Part shown: positions 1 through 12,587 of the stretch, piece after piece
Position numbering within the stretch: the stretch's first letter is position 1
Layout of the letters: every line of letters starts with the position of its first letter
Origin: Prorocentrum cordatum
Lineage: Eukaryota
Length of the DNA: 64,000 bases
Direction: 5' to 3'
Assembly: GCA_963575745.1 (NCBI GenBank)
Contig: CAUYUJ010000237.1
Location: forward strand, 248,001 to 312,000
Translations under genes and position numbers: made by a program
The notes under the pieces: generated by a model
The model's database searches: none
What the model saw: the letters and a program-made list of their open reading frames with translations, nothing else
What the model was told of the DNA's origin: nothing

Positions 1-79
1 GGAGGATGGAGGAGGAGGAGGAGGAGGAGGAGGAGGAGGAGGAGGCCGAGGTCCAAGACAAGGAGAAGGAGGAGGAGAA
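1..79. repeat. (GGA)n microsatellite
   Basis: Directly visible. Confidence 0.95.
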
Positions 80-1060
80 TTGAGGCCACGGCGGCGGCAA
101 ATGTTGCGGTGTCCGTGCAGGTGGTGATGGAGTATCAGTGGTGGCGGCGATGGTGGAGGCGATATCGTTGGCCTTGCATCCCACCGCCTTCTTTATCCGC
201 ATGCCATGTAGATGATTAGGTGAAGGCATCCGTACGCAATGTGTTTTTACTGTACGCTTCTGGAGACAACGGCGAAATTCGGGGTTGTCGGCCATGGTGG
301 ACGCGGTGCGCGTGGTTTGTGTTCCCTGGCTGATGCTATGCATCGTTGCATTGCTGCTGGCATAGTTGCCGTGGTGTCGTTGATTATGTTGTAGCATGGT
401 GTGGTGGGTGGGTGTCGCTTGTGTGGCGATGTGTTTGCCAAGTGGTTGCCGTTCCCTTGTTGTGGTGTTGCTGGTGCTGGTGTTTCCCCTTGCTTCTACC
501 CTTGGCTTGGCGTGTCTGTGCATAGCTGAGCATGGTGTGGGTCGAGTGTCTTCGGTGGTTGCTGCGCAGTGTGGTGTTGGTCGAGAAGGTGTTTAGCAGT
601 GTGAAGTTGTTGCTGAGTCTGTGTGTCTAATCGGGTGCGCGCTGATGCCACCCGTGATAGTGCACGTGCCATTGCCCGCATGTCCCGCCCACGGCGTTGC
701 CAAGCAGGGTTTGAAGTCGACGAAGGCGTTGTGTTACCATATGTAAGGATGTTGCAGTGTGGGTTCTGAGTGAGATGGCTTGGCCAACATGGCCGTGCAA
801 GTGGTGCTAGCCGCTGTGGGCGTACGGTGTAGGTGTCGAGGCCGTGGTAGTGTTTGGCCAAGTTGGCTGTGCGAGTGGTGCTGCGTAGTAACGCGAGGAC
901 GAGAACGAACTGACACGAGTGTAGGAGTGAAGGATAGGAACTGTGATGTCAAAGTGTGGGATGAACGGACGTAGCAGATGAAGGATTGGAAGATCAAGTG
1001 CGTTCGCGGCTGGCTCCCTGCGGGCTGGCGGGCTGCCACGGTCCTCGGTCAACCGTGGCT
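80..1060 (-). mobile_element. Possible highly decayed LINE ORF2 fragment (linker / RT N-terminus)
   Basis: Minus-strand snippets KHYHG, AWQRRGRDMRAMARAL and GMRIKKAVGC...PPWP loosely resemble the pre-RT region of other LINE relics in this window. Many stops and frameshifts. Confidence 0.2.
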
Positions 1061-1572
1061 TCCTCCTCCTCCTCCTCCTCCTCCTCCTCCTCCATCTCCT
1101 CCCTCTCCTCCTCCTCCTCCTCCTCCTCCTCCTCCTCCTCCTCCTCCTCCTCCTCCTCGTCCTCGTCCTCTCCTCCTCCTCCTCCTCCTTCGTCCTTCGT
1201 CCTTCTCCTCCTCCCTCTCCTCCTCCTCCTCCCCGTTTTCCTCCTCCTCTTCTTCCTCCTTCTCCTCCTCCGTTTTTTCCTCCTCCTCCTCTCCTCCTCC
1301 TCCTCCTCCTCCTCCTCCTCTCTCCTCCTCCTCCTCTCCTCCTCCTCCTCCTCCTCCCTCCTCCTCCTCCTCCTCCTCCTCCTCCTCCTCCTCCTGGGCA
1401 GCAAAAAGGGAAGGGACAGAGGCGGGCCAGCAGGCAGCAGCAGGGGGAGGGGTGAGTCAGTCCGTGGGCCCCACACAATAATCAATTACACATCCTCCTC
1501 TTCTTTCTCCTCCTCCTCCTCCTCCTCCTCCTCCTCATCCTCCTCATCCTCCTCCTCCTCTTCCTCCTCCTC
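1061..1572. repeat. (CCT)n microsatellite tracts (1061-1395, 1493-1572)
   Basis: Directly visible. Confidence 0.95.
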
Positions 1573-1579
1573 CCGGGAG

Positions 1580-2200
1580 TCACTTGGCACCCTCCTGGGG
1601 CTCCGCTTTGAGCATAGTGGGAGCCTTTGTATGGCTTCGTGGGGCCTATTAGGGAGTTATTGGGGCCCGTTCGGGCTGTCATAGGGCCGTCTCATGCCGT
1701 TCTGGGGCCCTTTTGTGCAGTTTCGGGGTCGTTTTTTACCTGTCTTGGAGATCATGGGGGTTCTGTTGGGGCCCTCTTGGGCCGTCTCGGGATCCTCTCG
1801 GGCAGTCTTGGGACAGTGTTGGAGACCCGTTCTGCCATCTTGCGGCCCTCTTGAGGCTCTCATTAGGGCGTTGTGGGCCATGTTGGAAGCATCTTGGGCC
1901 GCCTTGGGCCTCCAGAAACCCGAAAAGACGAAAACGTGAAAATGTGTCCAACACTTTAGGGACATCTCTGATTTTGCCTTCTGGAGGCCATGTTGGGGGC
2001 AGTCTTGGGGCGTCTTGGAGGCTTCTTTGGCCGTGTTGAGGTCGTCTTGGAGAAAATGTGGATTCTCTTCAGACTCTTCGGCCGTCTTGAGCTCGCCAGC
2101 CAGGAGCTATTCGGAACCTCTGGGCCGTTTTCGAGGCCTCTTGGGCTTTCCTGGCCGTGCGGTGGCATCCCTGTGGGAATCCTGGGGCAACCTGGAGCGA
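1580..2200 (+). repeat. Dispersed repeat family of degenerate ~11-bp GGGCCTCTTGG units around an A-rich core
   Basis: Recurrent TCTTGG/GGGCC units with an A-rich core at ~1915-1960. Same architecture as 63050-63560. Confidence 0.7.
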
Positions 2201-2387
2201 ACAGGAATTGATGCCCTCCCCCCCACACCAGGTGGCCTTTCTTGGCGGCGCGGGCCCCTCCTGGTAGAGAACAGAAAGGTGGCAGGGCTGGAGAGACAAA
2301 AGACAAGCAAGACAAGACACCACACATGACGAAAGACAGCCGCCAAGCAGAAGGTTTCACAGCCTTGCGCCCCCGAGGGGGCTGGCA

Positions 2388-2439
2388 GAGAGAGAAGAGA
2401 GAGAAAAAGAGAGAGAGAGAGAAAAAAAAAAAAAAAAAA

Positions 2440-2471
<32 letters not shown>

Positions 2472-2552
2472 GAGAGAGAGAGAGAGAGAGAGAACGAGAT
2501 AGAGAACGAGAGAGAGCGTGAGGGAACGAGAGAAAGAGAGAGAGAGAGAGAC
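2388..2552. repeat. (GA)n plus poly(A) tract
   Basis: Directly visible. Confidence 0.9.
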
Positions 2553-2667
2553 AGAGGCTTCCGCACGTCATCCAGGGGCCCGACAAGGGCCAGAAACGTC
2601 CGATAATTCCCCCCACGACCCTGAAGGGTTGAGTGTAAGATTCGGAATCTTCCCAAAGGCCGCCCAC

Positions 2668-2812
2668 GATCCGATTCGAAGCTGTTCGATTCGCTGGCTG
2701 AGGCCGCGATTTCGATTCGATGTGATCCGGCTCGATTCGTCAGCCGGAGCGAGGCGCGTCGATCCGATTTCGGTTCGATTCTGGACGATTCGCTGGCGAT
2801 TCGACTTCGCGA
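2668..2812. repeat. Degenerate CGATT/TCGA pentamer repeat
   Basis: Repeated cgattcga / tcgatt motifs. Confidence 0.7.
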
Positions 2813-2839
2813 CTCCATCCAGCTCGGGTTTGCGGCCCT

Positions 2840-3011
2840 TGATGGACCTGCTTTCCACCACCACCACCACCATAAGTTGGAGGAGGGAAGGAGGAGGAGG
2901 AGGACGAGGAGGAGGAGGAGAACGAAGAGGAGGAGGAGGAGGAGGAGGAGGAGGAGGAGGACAACCTCCCCCTCCAACTTATGGTGGTGGTGGTGGAAAA
3001 CAGGCCCATCA
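2840..3011. mobile_element. Fold-back MITE with ~45-bp TIRs enclosing a (GGA)n tract
   Basis: Left arm TGATGGACCTGCTTTCCACC...ATAAGTTGGAGG matches the reverse complement of right arm CCTCCAACTTATGGTGG...AAAACAGGCCCATCA. Flanks GCCCT and TCCCT match 4/5. Confidence 0.75.
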
Positions 3012-3039
3012 TCCCTCCTGCGCCCGTCCCCCTGCACAG

Positions 3040-3144
3040 GTCACCTGCGGCGCCGCGGTCAGCGCGTGCGAGCGCGGCGGTCAGTGGGCGCGGGCGTTGG
3101 CGGTGCTGCGGGAGCTCGGCGGGCTGCGCGTGGAGCCGAACCTC
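3040..3144 (+). CDS. PPR protein exon (one 35-aa PPR motif)
   Basis: Follows a CAG acceptor at 3037-3039 and encodes VTCGAAVSACERGGQWARALAVLRELGGLRVEPNL, a canonical PPR motif. Donor uncertain (possible AG|GT at 3165/3166). Confidence 0.8.
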
Positions 3145-3379
3145 TCGAAAGCCAGAGCCTCACAGGTCGAGAATCCTGGTGCGCGCATCAGTGCGGAAGG
3201 GGGGGGGAGAAGAGTGCCCTTCTCAGGAAGCCCCCTCCGGGCCCCAGAGGTGCCCTGGAGGGACCCTTTTCGGCGGCCCTCGCTGCCACCCTCCATTTAG
3301 CGCCGCCCAGAATAATTACACAATCGCGATCCGTATAGGAGGGCGTTGGAGACCGACAGAAACCCCCACCCTGCCAAGC

Positions 3380-3822
3380 CGAGGAAGGGGGAGGGGAAGG
3401 AAGAGGAGGAGCAGGAGGAGCAGGAGGAGGGGGAAGAGGAGGAAGAGGAGGAGGAGGCGAACGAGGCGAACGAGGAGGAGGAGGAGGAGGAGGAGGAGGA
3501 GAGGAGGAGGAGGAGGAGGGGGAGGGAGAGGTGGAAGAGGAGGAGCAGGAGGAAGAGGAGGAGAGGAGGAAGAGGGAGAAGAGGAGGAGGAAGAGAGGAG
3601 GAGGAGAAGATAGGAGGATAGGAGGAGAGGAGGAGGAGGAGGAGGAGGAGGAGGAGGAGGAGGAGGAGGAGTAGGAGGAGAGGAGGAGGGAGGAGGAGGA
3701 GGAGGAGGAGAGGAGAGAGGAGGAGGGAGGAGGGAGGAGGAGGAGGATAGGAGGAGGAGGAGGAGGAGGAGGATAAGGAGGAGAGAGGAGGAGGAGGAGG
3801 AGGAGAGGAGGAAGAGGAGGAG
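3380..3822. repeat. (GGA)n polypurine tract
   Basis: Directly visible. Confidence 0.95.
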
Positions 3823-4565
3823 CCTGCTCCCTCGCTACCCACGAAAGGGGGGGGGGGGCGGATTTGCCGTGTCTCGGTTCTCAGCGGGGCTGTTGCCGCC
3901 GCAGCTCTCGCGGGCCTGCGCCCGCCCAGGCTCTGGTTGGGGGTCGTTTTTGTTCGGTAACGTGTCTTGCCGAAGTGGTCCACACACTGGAAGGGATCTC
4001 TCCTCCTCCGCCTCCTCCTCCTCCTCCTCCTCATCCTCCTCATCCTCCTCCTCAAAAGATTATGATTGTTTTTTCTCTGGTATCACTATATAACCAATTT
4101 CTTTATCTCTGCCCATACACCCCCATTGCCATACTCGCGTCAACCCGAAAGCAAGGGATAAGCATAAACGATCGGAGGTCCACGGGGATGATTGGTCGGG
4201 TCGACGCTGGTTCCCCACTGGCAGTGCCTTCCGCGCCGCCCCTGGCGCGCGACGCGTGCCTGGGGTGGGGAGCTAGCGCCAGCCTACGAGGTCCCTCCGG
4301 ACCTCCAAAAGTGTACGACTACGTTTGTTCCGTTCGAACAGGAAGATCAAGGCTCGAGGTTTTGGAAGCTGTTTTTGCTTCCCACTCCAGGAGCCTTCCA
4401 GTCGCCACGGCTGGATCCGCATCGAAGTTCTGGTCGTGATTGCCCACGGGAGAGGGAGAAGAAGCAGGTGGAGGAGGAGGAGCAGGGAGATGATGGGGGT
4501 GAGCAGGAGGAGGGATGACGAGGAGGAGCCGGGGAGGAAGAGGTCTGTAGGGGTGGGGGGGGCAG

Positions 4566-4775
4566 GGTCTGTCTTTCGGACGTCATCGCCTACAGCGCCG
4601 CCATCAGCGCGTGCGCGCGCGGCCGCCGCTGGGAGAACGCCGTTGAGCTCTTCGCCGAGATGTGCCGAGGCCGTGTGCAGCCAGACGCTGTGGGGTGCAG
4701 CGCCGTCCTCGGGGCGTGCTCGCAGCCAGGGCAGGCCCTGCAGGTCTTCCACGAGATGCGGGCACGCCGCCTCAG
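4566..4775 (+). CDS. PPR protein exon (about two PPR motifs)
   Basis: Encodes DVIAYSAAISACARGRRWENAVELFAEMCRGRVQPDAVGCSAVLGACSQPGQALQVFHEMRARRL and ends at an AG|GT donor (4775/4776, phase 2). 5' boundary tentative (CAG at 4563-4565). Confidence 0.85.
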
Positions 4776-4787
4776 GTCGGCAGAGAA

Positions 4788-5722
<935 letters not shown>

Positions 5723-6678
5723 GGCTGATGGTTCTGGAAGCCTTGGATACTGTGACCAACGTTATGGCCACAACAGCAACCACCAAATATACTTCGTGTA
5801 CTCCCACGTGTTATAATTGTACTACTGCTTTCTTATCCTGATGTCTATTCGTAGTGATGGCGTCCCGTCGGCCAGACGACGATGGGGACAACGATGACGA
5901 TTGTCCTGGTCGGCGAGGAATTGTCTGGAATTGTGGCAGCAGCGAGGTCTGTTACGACGGCGTTGGAAGTGACCATGATGCTGTGACACACTGAGTGATG
6001 CAGATTAACGTTGCCGAGCGGCTAGGAGCCGTATCGGCGAGGATCGACCATGATAGCTAAAGCGACGATGGTGGTCTACACAGACCAGGCTCTCGTTGGG
6101 CCGCGATGAATGGGTGGACGATGCAGTCGGGGCACTGAAGAAGGTTCTTCTCGTTGGGGAGGGGCTCCGTGCTCCTGAATTGTTGTGCAGCTTGCCTTGG
6201 GTGTTCCTTAGGTTCTCCCCGTGGGAAATCGAAGTTTAGCTTGTGGGAGAAAGGGGCCTCGTTCCTCATTTAGGGTTCCTTAGGTCAGCGCCCCGACTGT
6301 AAACGGGGGGGGCAGCGAGGGCTGCACGACAGAGGCCCTTCAGGGCCCCTAACAGGGCCCCTGCAGGGGCCCTCTGGGGCCCAGCAGGAGGCCCTGCAGG
6401 GCCTGAGAAGGGCACTCTTTTCTTGCCCCCCGTCCATTACCTCGCGCCCCCCCTAGAGTTCGCCCCCCCCAGTAGTTCGCGCCCAACCTCGGGCTCCAGC
6501 TTGTCAGTAACACGTGATCTGGCTGGCGCGCTGGTGGCTGCTCTTCTCCGCGCCCGCGGCGCCCCTGGGTGGCGGCGGCCCCTCCGCCCGTCGAGACGGC
6601 GCCTGGCCCCCGTGCTCGAGGGCGGCGGGGCCTGGGGGCCGCTGGCGGACTGTCTGCTTGGCATCGCTCGGGCGTGTG

Positions 6679-6774
6679 CCTCCTCCTCCTCCTCCTCCTC
6701 CTCCTCCTCCTCCTCCTCCTCCTCCTCCTCCTCCTCCTCCTCCTCCTCCTCGGTCGGTCGGTCGGTCGGTCGGC
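6679..6774. repeat. (CCT)n followed by (CGGT)n
   Basis: Directly visible; 3' flank of the nested retrocopy. Confidence 0.9.
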
Positions 6775-7152
6775 TCTAAGGGACATAGTCTGGGTCCCAT
6801 ACGGATGCGGATGAGAGACTAGGCAGGAAAGAGACGTGGCGACGAGGGTCCCCGGAGCCCCCGAAACCAAAAGAGCAAGGGCCCAGCGCCAAAGCACCCC
6901 CCCAAGAGGGGAGACGCAAAGGGAGGAAGAAAGAAGACAGGGAGAAAGGGAGGCCGCAAGGGGGGAGCACAGGCACTGGACCACCACGACACCCCAGGAC
7001 AAGAGGCCCCCAAGGGCCAGGCCGCGGGCCAGGAGCCAGAAAAAAGAGCCACGTCCAGCAAGCGACCAGCGCCGAAACCAAACGCAACGCGCCGACTGGA
7101 CAGCTGCTATCAGGCGGCCCTCACAATTGAGGCTGACACTCGGCACTCCAGG

Positions 7153-8052
7153 CTACCAAGTTACTGTCAATTTCCAAGTGCCTGCGATGTGCTTGCAACT
7201 ACTGTACCCTATCATCTGGATCTTGGCTACGAATGGCAAGATCATGCTATGCAATACCTCCTGGTATGGAATCGGCTCTCCAGGGGTCCATATGGCCTCC
7301 AACCCGCGAACTGCATAGATCCAGCTTTCCTCCGGAACCTCATTGCCAAAGGACTCGACGAAATAGCAGGAGTCCTTCAGCACTTTCTTCGGGAACTTCT
7401 CGATCGCCCTGGACAGCACCTCAAAGGAGACCGTCGCCTGGGACACGTCCTCCTTCTCAGCTATCTGGGCGCACTCATACTGAAACATGGCCACGGCTCG
7501 GGCTAGCAGCAGCTCCTGGTGCTCGAACCATTTGTCGGCCTTGATCTTTCTCTCCCAAGTGTGCGCTGTCGAGGAGGCTCCCGCCTCCGCAGCTGCCGAA
7601 GGCATATCCTCCGCCTCTGGAGCGGACGAACACGATCTGGACCTTGGAGAAGGAGCCCTGCTCGGGAGAGGCGTGCCACGCCGCACACGGCCATGAAGAG
7701 GCAGCCCACGACGGAAGGGGCTCCTACCTTCGCACGATGGTGTGAACTCCGCAGCGTCATGTCGTAGCAGCACTGACTTATGCGGGGTGAACCACATGCA
7801 AATTTCCATGGTCCCGTCTGTGTGCTTGTGTCCACGATCGACCACAGAAAATGAAGAAACGAGTTGGCGTAAGAACTGCACTTTCTCAACACCGTGGGTC
7901 GTGAACAACACGCATGGGGGCTGCCCGGTCTCGCGGATGAGAATCTTTACCTTCAACTTGCCGGAGTCCGCATTGGGGAGGTAGGAGAAAAGCACCTGAG
8001 CACCGGTCTCGACCATGCCAAGGACGAAATCCAGCCGGGCAGCGACGACCAT
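7153..8052 (-). CDS. Intronless 299-aa protein of unknown function, probable retrogene nested in the PPR intron
   Basis: Uninterrupted complex-composition ORF MVVAARLDF...GTWKLTVTW with ATG in GCGATGG context. Two globular-looking halves joined by an R/S/P-rich linker. DinoSL relic lies 62 nt upstream. Confidence 0.8.
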   Translation of the reverse strand: MVVAARLDFVLGMVETGAQVLFSYLPNADSGKLKVKILIRETGQPPCVLFTTHGVEKVQFLRQLVSSFSVVDRGHKHTDGTMEICMWFTPHKSVLLRHDAAEFTPSCEGRSPFRRGLPLHGRVRRGTPLPSRAPSPRSRSCSSAPEAEDMPSAAAEAGASSTAHTWERKIKADKWFEHQELLLARAVAMFQYECAQIAEKEDVSQATVSFEVLSRAIEKFPKKVLKDSCYFVESFGNEVPEESWIYAVRGLEAIWTPGEPIPYQEVLHSMILPFVAKIQMIGYSSCKHIAGTWKLTVTW

Positions 8053-8114
8053 CGCGGAAGAGGGCGGGGGTGGGGCGGGGCGGCAGCGCCTGGAAAGCCC
8101 GTGACACAGGGCAA

Positions 8115-8130
8115 CCTGTGCCAAAAGGGC
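8115..8130 (-). other. Relic dinoflagellate spliced leader
   Basis: Minus strand GCCCTTTTGGCACAGG versus DinoSL 3' part GCCATTTTGGCTCAAG, 13/16 identical, exactly at the 5' edge of the unique sequence. Confidence 0.7.
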
Positions 8131-8503
8131 TCTCCTTCTCCTCCTCCTCCTCCTCTCCTCCTCCTCCTCCTCCTCCTCCTCCTCCTCCTCCTCCTCTCCT
8201 CTCCCTCCTACCTCCTCCTCCTCCCTCCTCCCCCCTCCCTCCTCCTCCTCCTCCTCCTCCTCCTTCCTCCTCCTATCCTCCTCTCCTCCTCCTCCCCTCC
8301 TCCTCCTCCTCCTCCTCCTCCTCCTCCTCCTCCTCCCTCCTCCTCCTCCTTCCTCCTCCCTCTCTCCTCCTCCTCCTCCTCCTCCTCCTCCCTCCCTCCT
8401 CCTCCTCCTCCTCCTACTCCTCCTCCTCCTCCTCCCTCCTCCTCCTCCTCCTCCTCCTCCTCCTCCTCCCTCCTCCTCCTCCTCCTCCTCCTCCTCCTCC
8501 TCC
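8131..8503. repeat. (CCT)n microsatellite
   Basis: Directly visible. Confidence 0.95.
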
Positions 8504-8973
8504 GTGTGCGCGTGGCCGACGAGCTCCTGCTCCTACTTCGCCTCCTCGGGGCCCGAGGGCGCGGCCCCCTGGGCCGCCGGGCCTGCGTGAAGAGGTGGTG
8601 CAGGTGAGGTCGCCCTGCGAAAAGTGCACGCGCGAGGCCGAAAAGTGCTCGGAGAATGGACGTCCGAGCGATGGCGGGTTTGGCGGCCGCGCTGGACGCG
8701 AGGGAGGGCGGTCGCTCACGCCCCTCGCCCTCCCGGGCCTGCGAGCCCGCAGGCGATCGCAGCCCCTCCCTTCAGTGGGAGCTCGGGCTCGGGGACCTGC
8801 TGCTGCTGGCCTCGGAGCTCGCGCGGTGGGCGCTGGGCTTCGCCTCTCGCGCCTCGGAGGCCGTCTGCGGGCGGCGCGCGCCAGCGGAAGCGCTTGTCGA
8901 CGAGAAGGACTTTGGTGACCGTCGACCTCCCTGAGGGTCGGCCGCCTCGCGTTCGGGGGCTCGTCCGCTTCTC

Positions 8974-9248
8974 ATGATCAGCGCGGGCGACGAGCTCTGG
9001 ATCGAGTCTGATGGGCCAGGCCCGCGCCTCCTGTGCAACAAGGTGGTGGTCGGCATCTCGACGACGAGCCTGAAGCACTGTGCGGTCGGCTCGCCCGACT
9101 TCGGCGTCCTCGTCGAGAAGTGCGAGCCGCCAGCGCCGACGTTCGAGATTGGTGGAAGCACTGCGGCGGCGCGGCGCCTCCTGGAGCTCGGGTCGCCCCC
9201 GCGGGCGTGCGGCGCTACGACTTGTGGCGTCGGCAACCAGGATGGCAG
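8974..9248 (+). CDS. Coding-like segment of unknown identity (gene fragment or exon)
   Basis: MISAGDELWIESDGPGPRLLCNKVVVGISTTSLKHCAVGSPDFGVLVEKCE... has GC3-rich codons and a globular composition. No family recognised. Confidence 0.3.
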
Positions 9249-9392
9249 GGCAGCTCTGCACGCGGGTGCGCTCGCGCGCTCCCGCGTGCGCGCCCACGCG
9301 CCCACGCGCGCCGCGCGCGCACACGCGCCGCCACCGCCGCACAGCTCCACCCACAACACGCGCCGCCACCGCCGCACAGCTCCACCCACACC

Positions 9393-9431
<39 letters not shown>

Positions 9432-9699
9432 CGACATCTTCAGACACCCACGCAATAACGACCACGCGCTCACGCACCCTTTCCCGCCGGCTCAGCGCCC
9501 CCCCCTCCGCACCCCCCATGCCGCCCCCGCGCGCCCCCCGCCCTCCCCGCCGGCGCTCCAGAGGGGGGGGGGGCGCGGCCCCATTTGGGGGCCGGCCCTC
9601 CCTCCACTCCAAACACTCCGCCCTCGCGGAGCGCCGATCCTGCCGCTCCGTCGGCGGCAGTCGACGCATGAGAAAGAACTGCTGCGCCGCCTTCACAGG

Positions 9700-10960
9700 T
9701 CGCCTCCAGGCGCCCTGCCGAGCAGAACCCGGAGAATCCCAGGCCCGTTCGGGGACCATTGTTTTCCGTCAGTCGGACTCGAGCAAGCTGGAGCGGCTGG
9801 AGCTACGGTCGAGCCGTGGACGGCCCTGGATGCGAGCAGGCCGTTCCTGAATCGGTCTGGCGACGACCCGGCACGGCAACCTCGCAGAACTCGAGAGTTG
9901 GCTCACGAGATTCGTGTCCCAACTGCCGACCACGTTGACCACGGATCCCAATTTCGCAATCCAGATTGGCGCCCGATTTTGTCTCGAAGTGCCACCGATC
10001 GTGCGCGTGGGCAGCCGCGCCCCCTCCCAGGGGCCAACTGCGGTTGGCCTCAGTTGCCCGCAGTCGGCGCCAGCGCGGACGGTGCGCGCGGCCGCCAGCC
10101 CCACGAGAGAGGATCACCCCCGAAACTCGGAGGCCTGCTCACAGGTGGAGGAGACGCTCTGGAATCCTGCGCCCTTGATCTTCCTGCTACGCTCGATCTG
10201 CTTTTCTCAATATCGCATGTTTCCATGTTTGGGCCTCTCGGTCTCACTTTTCGCGCCCCTCGTCGCAACTCCCACGGGTGGATCGATCCGCTCGAAGAAG
10301 TCGTTCTATCAGTTTGTGATTTTCCGAAAACGGATTGCATTTTCACTGCACTATGTTCTTGCCGTTGCTCGCCGCGCACGAGAACTACCTGAGGTAGACA
10401 ATCGTTGTCTACTTTGAGTGCATTGCTGTGTACTCTAAGCTTTGAGGAGGCCGCCGCTTCTTACCTTTGCCTTAGCCCTTCTCCCGTAAAGTTTGTGCCG
10501 TTTTTCGGTCCCGTGTCTTGTTCCCCCCTCTGTGTCTTATCGGGCTGTGGGGTCGTCTTGGGGTAGAAAGCCTACCTGCGAATTGGCGTTGTTGCCTTAG
10601 GTTCGTAGGCGGGGCGTGTGTTCTACCCTCCGAACCTTTTTGGCGCGCGTTTCATTTTGGCACGGTAGCCCCGTTCCCCCCCCTCCCCGCGGGTGGTTCC
10701 ATGTTGGTGGCTGGGCTTCGGGACCCGCCCCTCTTTCGTCTTATGCGCTGTGCTGTTTCTTGCCAAGCGGAGAGAGTCGCCGCCGCCGCGCAGAGGCCTG
10801 CGGCTCGAGGGGCGAGGTATGCTTGTCGCGCGCGTCGCGCTCCTCTTATCATCAGTGTTACTTCAATCATGGTTGGAAGTGCGCGTCGTCGGTTTTGATG
10901 ACTTCGGGGTGTGATTGTGTTGATTTCCCCGTGATCTCCTCTTCGCTTCAGTTGACTTGA
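9700..10960 (+). mobile_element. Decayed LINE ORF2 3' fragment
   Basis: Frame-broken snippets resembling post-RT LINE regions (LNIACF..SHFSRPSSQLPRVDRSARRS; NHGWK..ARRRF). Confidence 0.35.
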
Positions 10961-11631
10961 GGTGGGTCACTGCTGGCCCAGGGGGCTCTCGTCGCCACGG
11001 TTGGATTAAGAGCCAAAGCCATTGCCCGACGCTTTGGAGGAACCTGGGCCGCCTTCACGGGCGAGCCAGGGCCTGAAATCAACCAGAGGTGGGTTCGGCT
11101 CTTGGGCTGACCCCCCCCCTAAACTGTTGGTCGGCGGGTCGAGAGCGGGTCCTCTTCCGGTTAAGAGCTAGGCGGGGCGCGCGAAGCACCAATTGGGGAG
11201 ACAGGGCGCGGGCGGGCGGGGCCTCAGGTTGCCGGAGGGTGCGCGGTCCAGGCGGTGCGAAGAGCTTGCACAGGAAAAGGTACGCCTTGGACAGGAGCCG
11301 AAGGCGAAGTCCCGTGGGGAGAGCGAAGTGGTGTTGCCGTCAACGGCGCGTCAAGATCCCCCCCCCCTAAACACGCAGACTGAGCTAGCCTCCTTCCCGT
11401 GCGCCTTCGAAGCAGGCTGGCGGCGTTCATCGGCGTCGTGCCTCTCCGCCGCGCCTCCGCTCGGGCTCGGGTGTCCTCCTCGTCGGTGCGCTGGTGCGTT
11501 GGTCCCCGGTCTCCCCATCTCCCCCTCCTCCGGCCCCGCACGAGTCGTTTGGCCGGCCTGCTAGGGCCCTGCGGTGGAACCGCCCCGGGACGCCCGCCAC
11601 GCAGAATGGGGGGTGGCCTGGGGTGCACCGG

Positions 11632-11700
11632 GATGACGATGACGCTGACGATGACGATGACGATAACGATGATGACGCTGACGATGACGATGATGATAAC

Positions 11701-11767
<67 letters not shown>

Positions 11768-12135
11768 CTGATGATGATGCTGATGCTGATGCTGATGCTG
11801 ATGCTGATGCTGATGCTGATGCTGATGCTGATGCTGATGCTGATGCTGATGGTGATGATGATGATGATGATGATGGTGATGATAATGATGCTGGTGATGG
11901 TGATGGTGATGGTATGTGATGGTGATGGTGATGGTGATGGTGATAGTGATGATGATCATGATGATCATAATGATCATGATGATGATGGTGCTGATGCTGA
12001 TGATTACGTTGATGGTGATGATGATTGTGATGATGATGATGCTGATGATGATGATGATGATGGTAGTGGTGATGATGATGATTGTAATGATGATGGTGAT
12101 GATGATGATGATGATGATGAGGATGATGATGATGG

Positions 12136-12172
<37 letters not shown>

Positions 12173-12240
12173 CGTGATGATGGTCATGTTGGCGATGACG
12201 GTGTTGCTGATGATGGTGGCTGTGAAGATGACCGCGATGG
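11632..12240. repeat. (GAT)n with a (GATGCT)n block
   Basis: Directly visible. Confidence 0.95.
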
Positions 12241-12369
12241 GAATGTTGGTGTTGATGGTTTTTACCTAACAGCGAAGACTCATAGATTTCTAGTAGGGTC
12301 AAAAGAGAGCATCTTGACGCCCCAGGGGGGTCTGGGCGCGATCCGGGGGAGGATGCCGGGGAACTTTTT

Positions 12370-12587
12370 TTAGCCAACAGTAACGCACTTCGTGGTCTTC
12401 GAGTTCCCAGAACTCCATTCCTGGGCATGATTTTGAATGCCCGGAGCCAACTGTAGGCCACTTCGTGTTCTTCGAGTTCCCAGAACTTCATTCCTGGGCA
12501 TGATTTTGAATGCCCGGAGCCAACTGTAGGCCACTTCGTGTTCTTCGAGTTCCCAGAACTTCCATTCCCGGGCCACATTTTGAATGC
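12370..12587. repeat. 73-bp tandem repeat, about 3 copies
   Basis: CACTTCGTG..CTTCGAGTTCCCAGAACT recurs at 12386, 12459 and 12532. Confidence 0.9.

Noticed and set aside
8053..8124. ORF-track start at 8124 for the 323-aa ORF
   Set aside because: It is a non-ATG start inside the SL relic; the first ATG in good context is at 8052.
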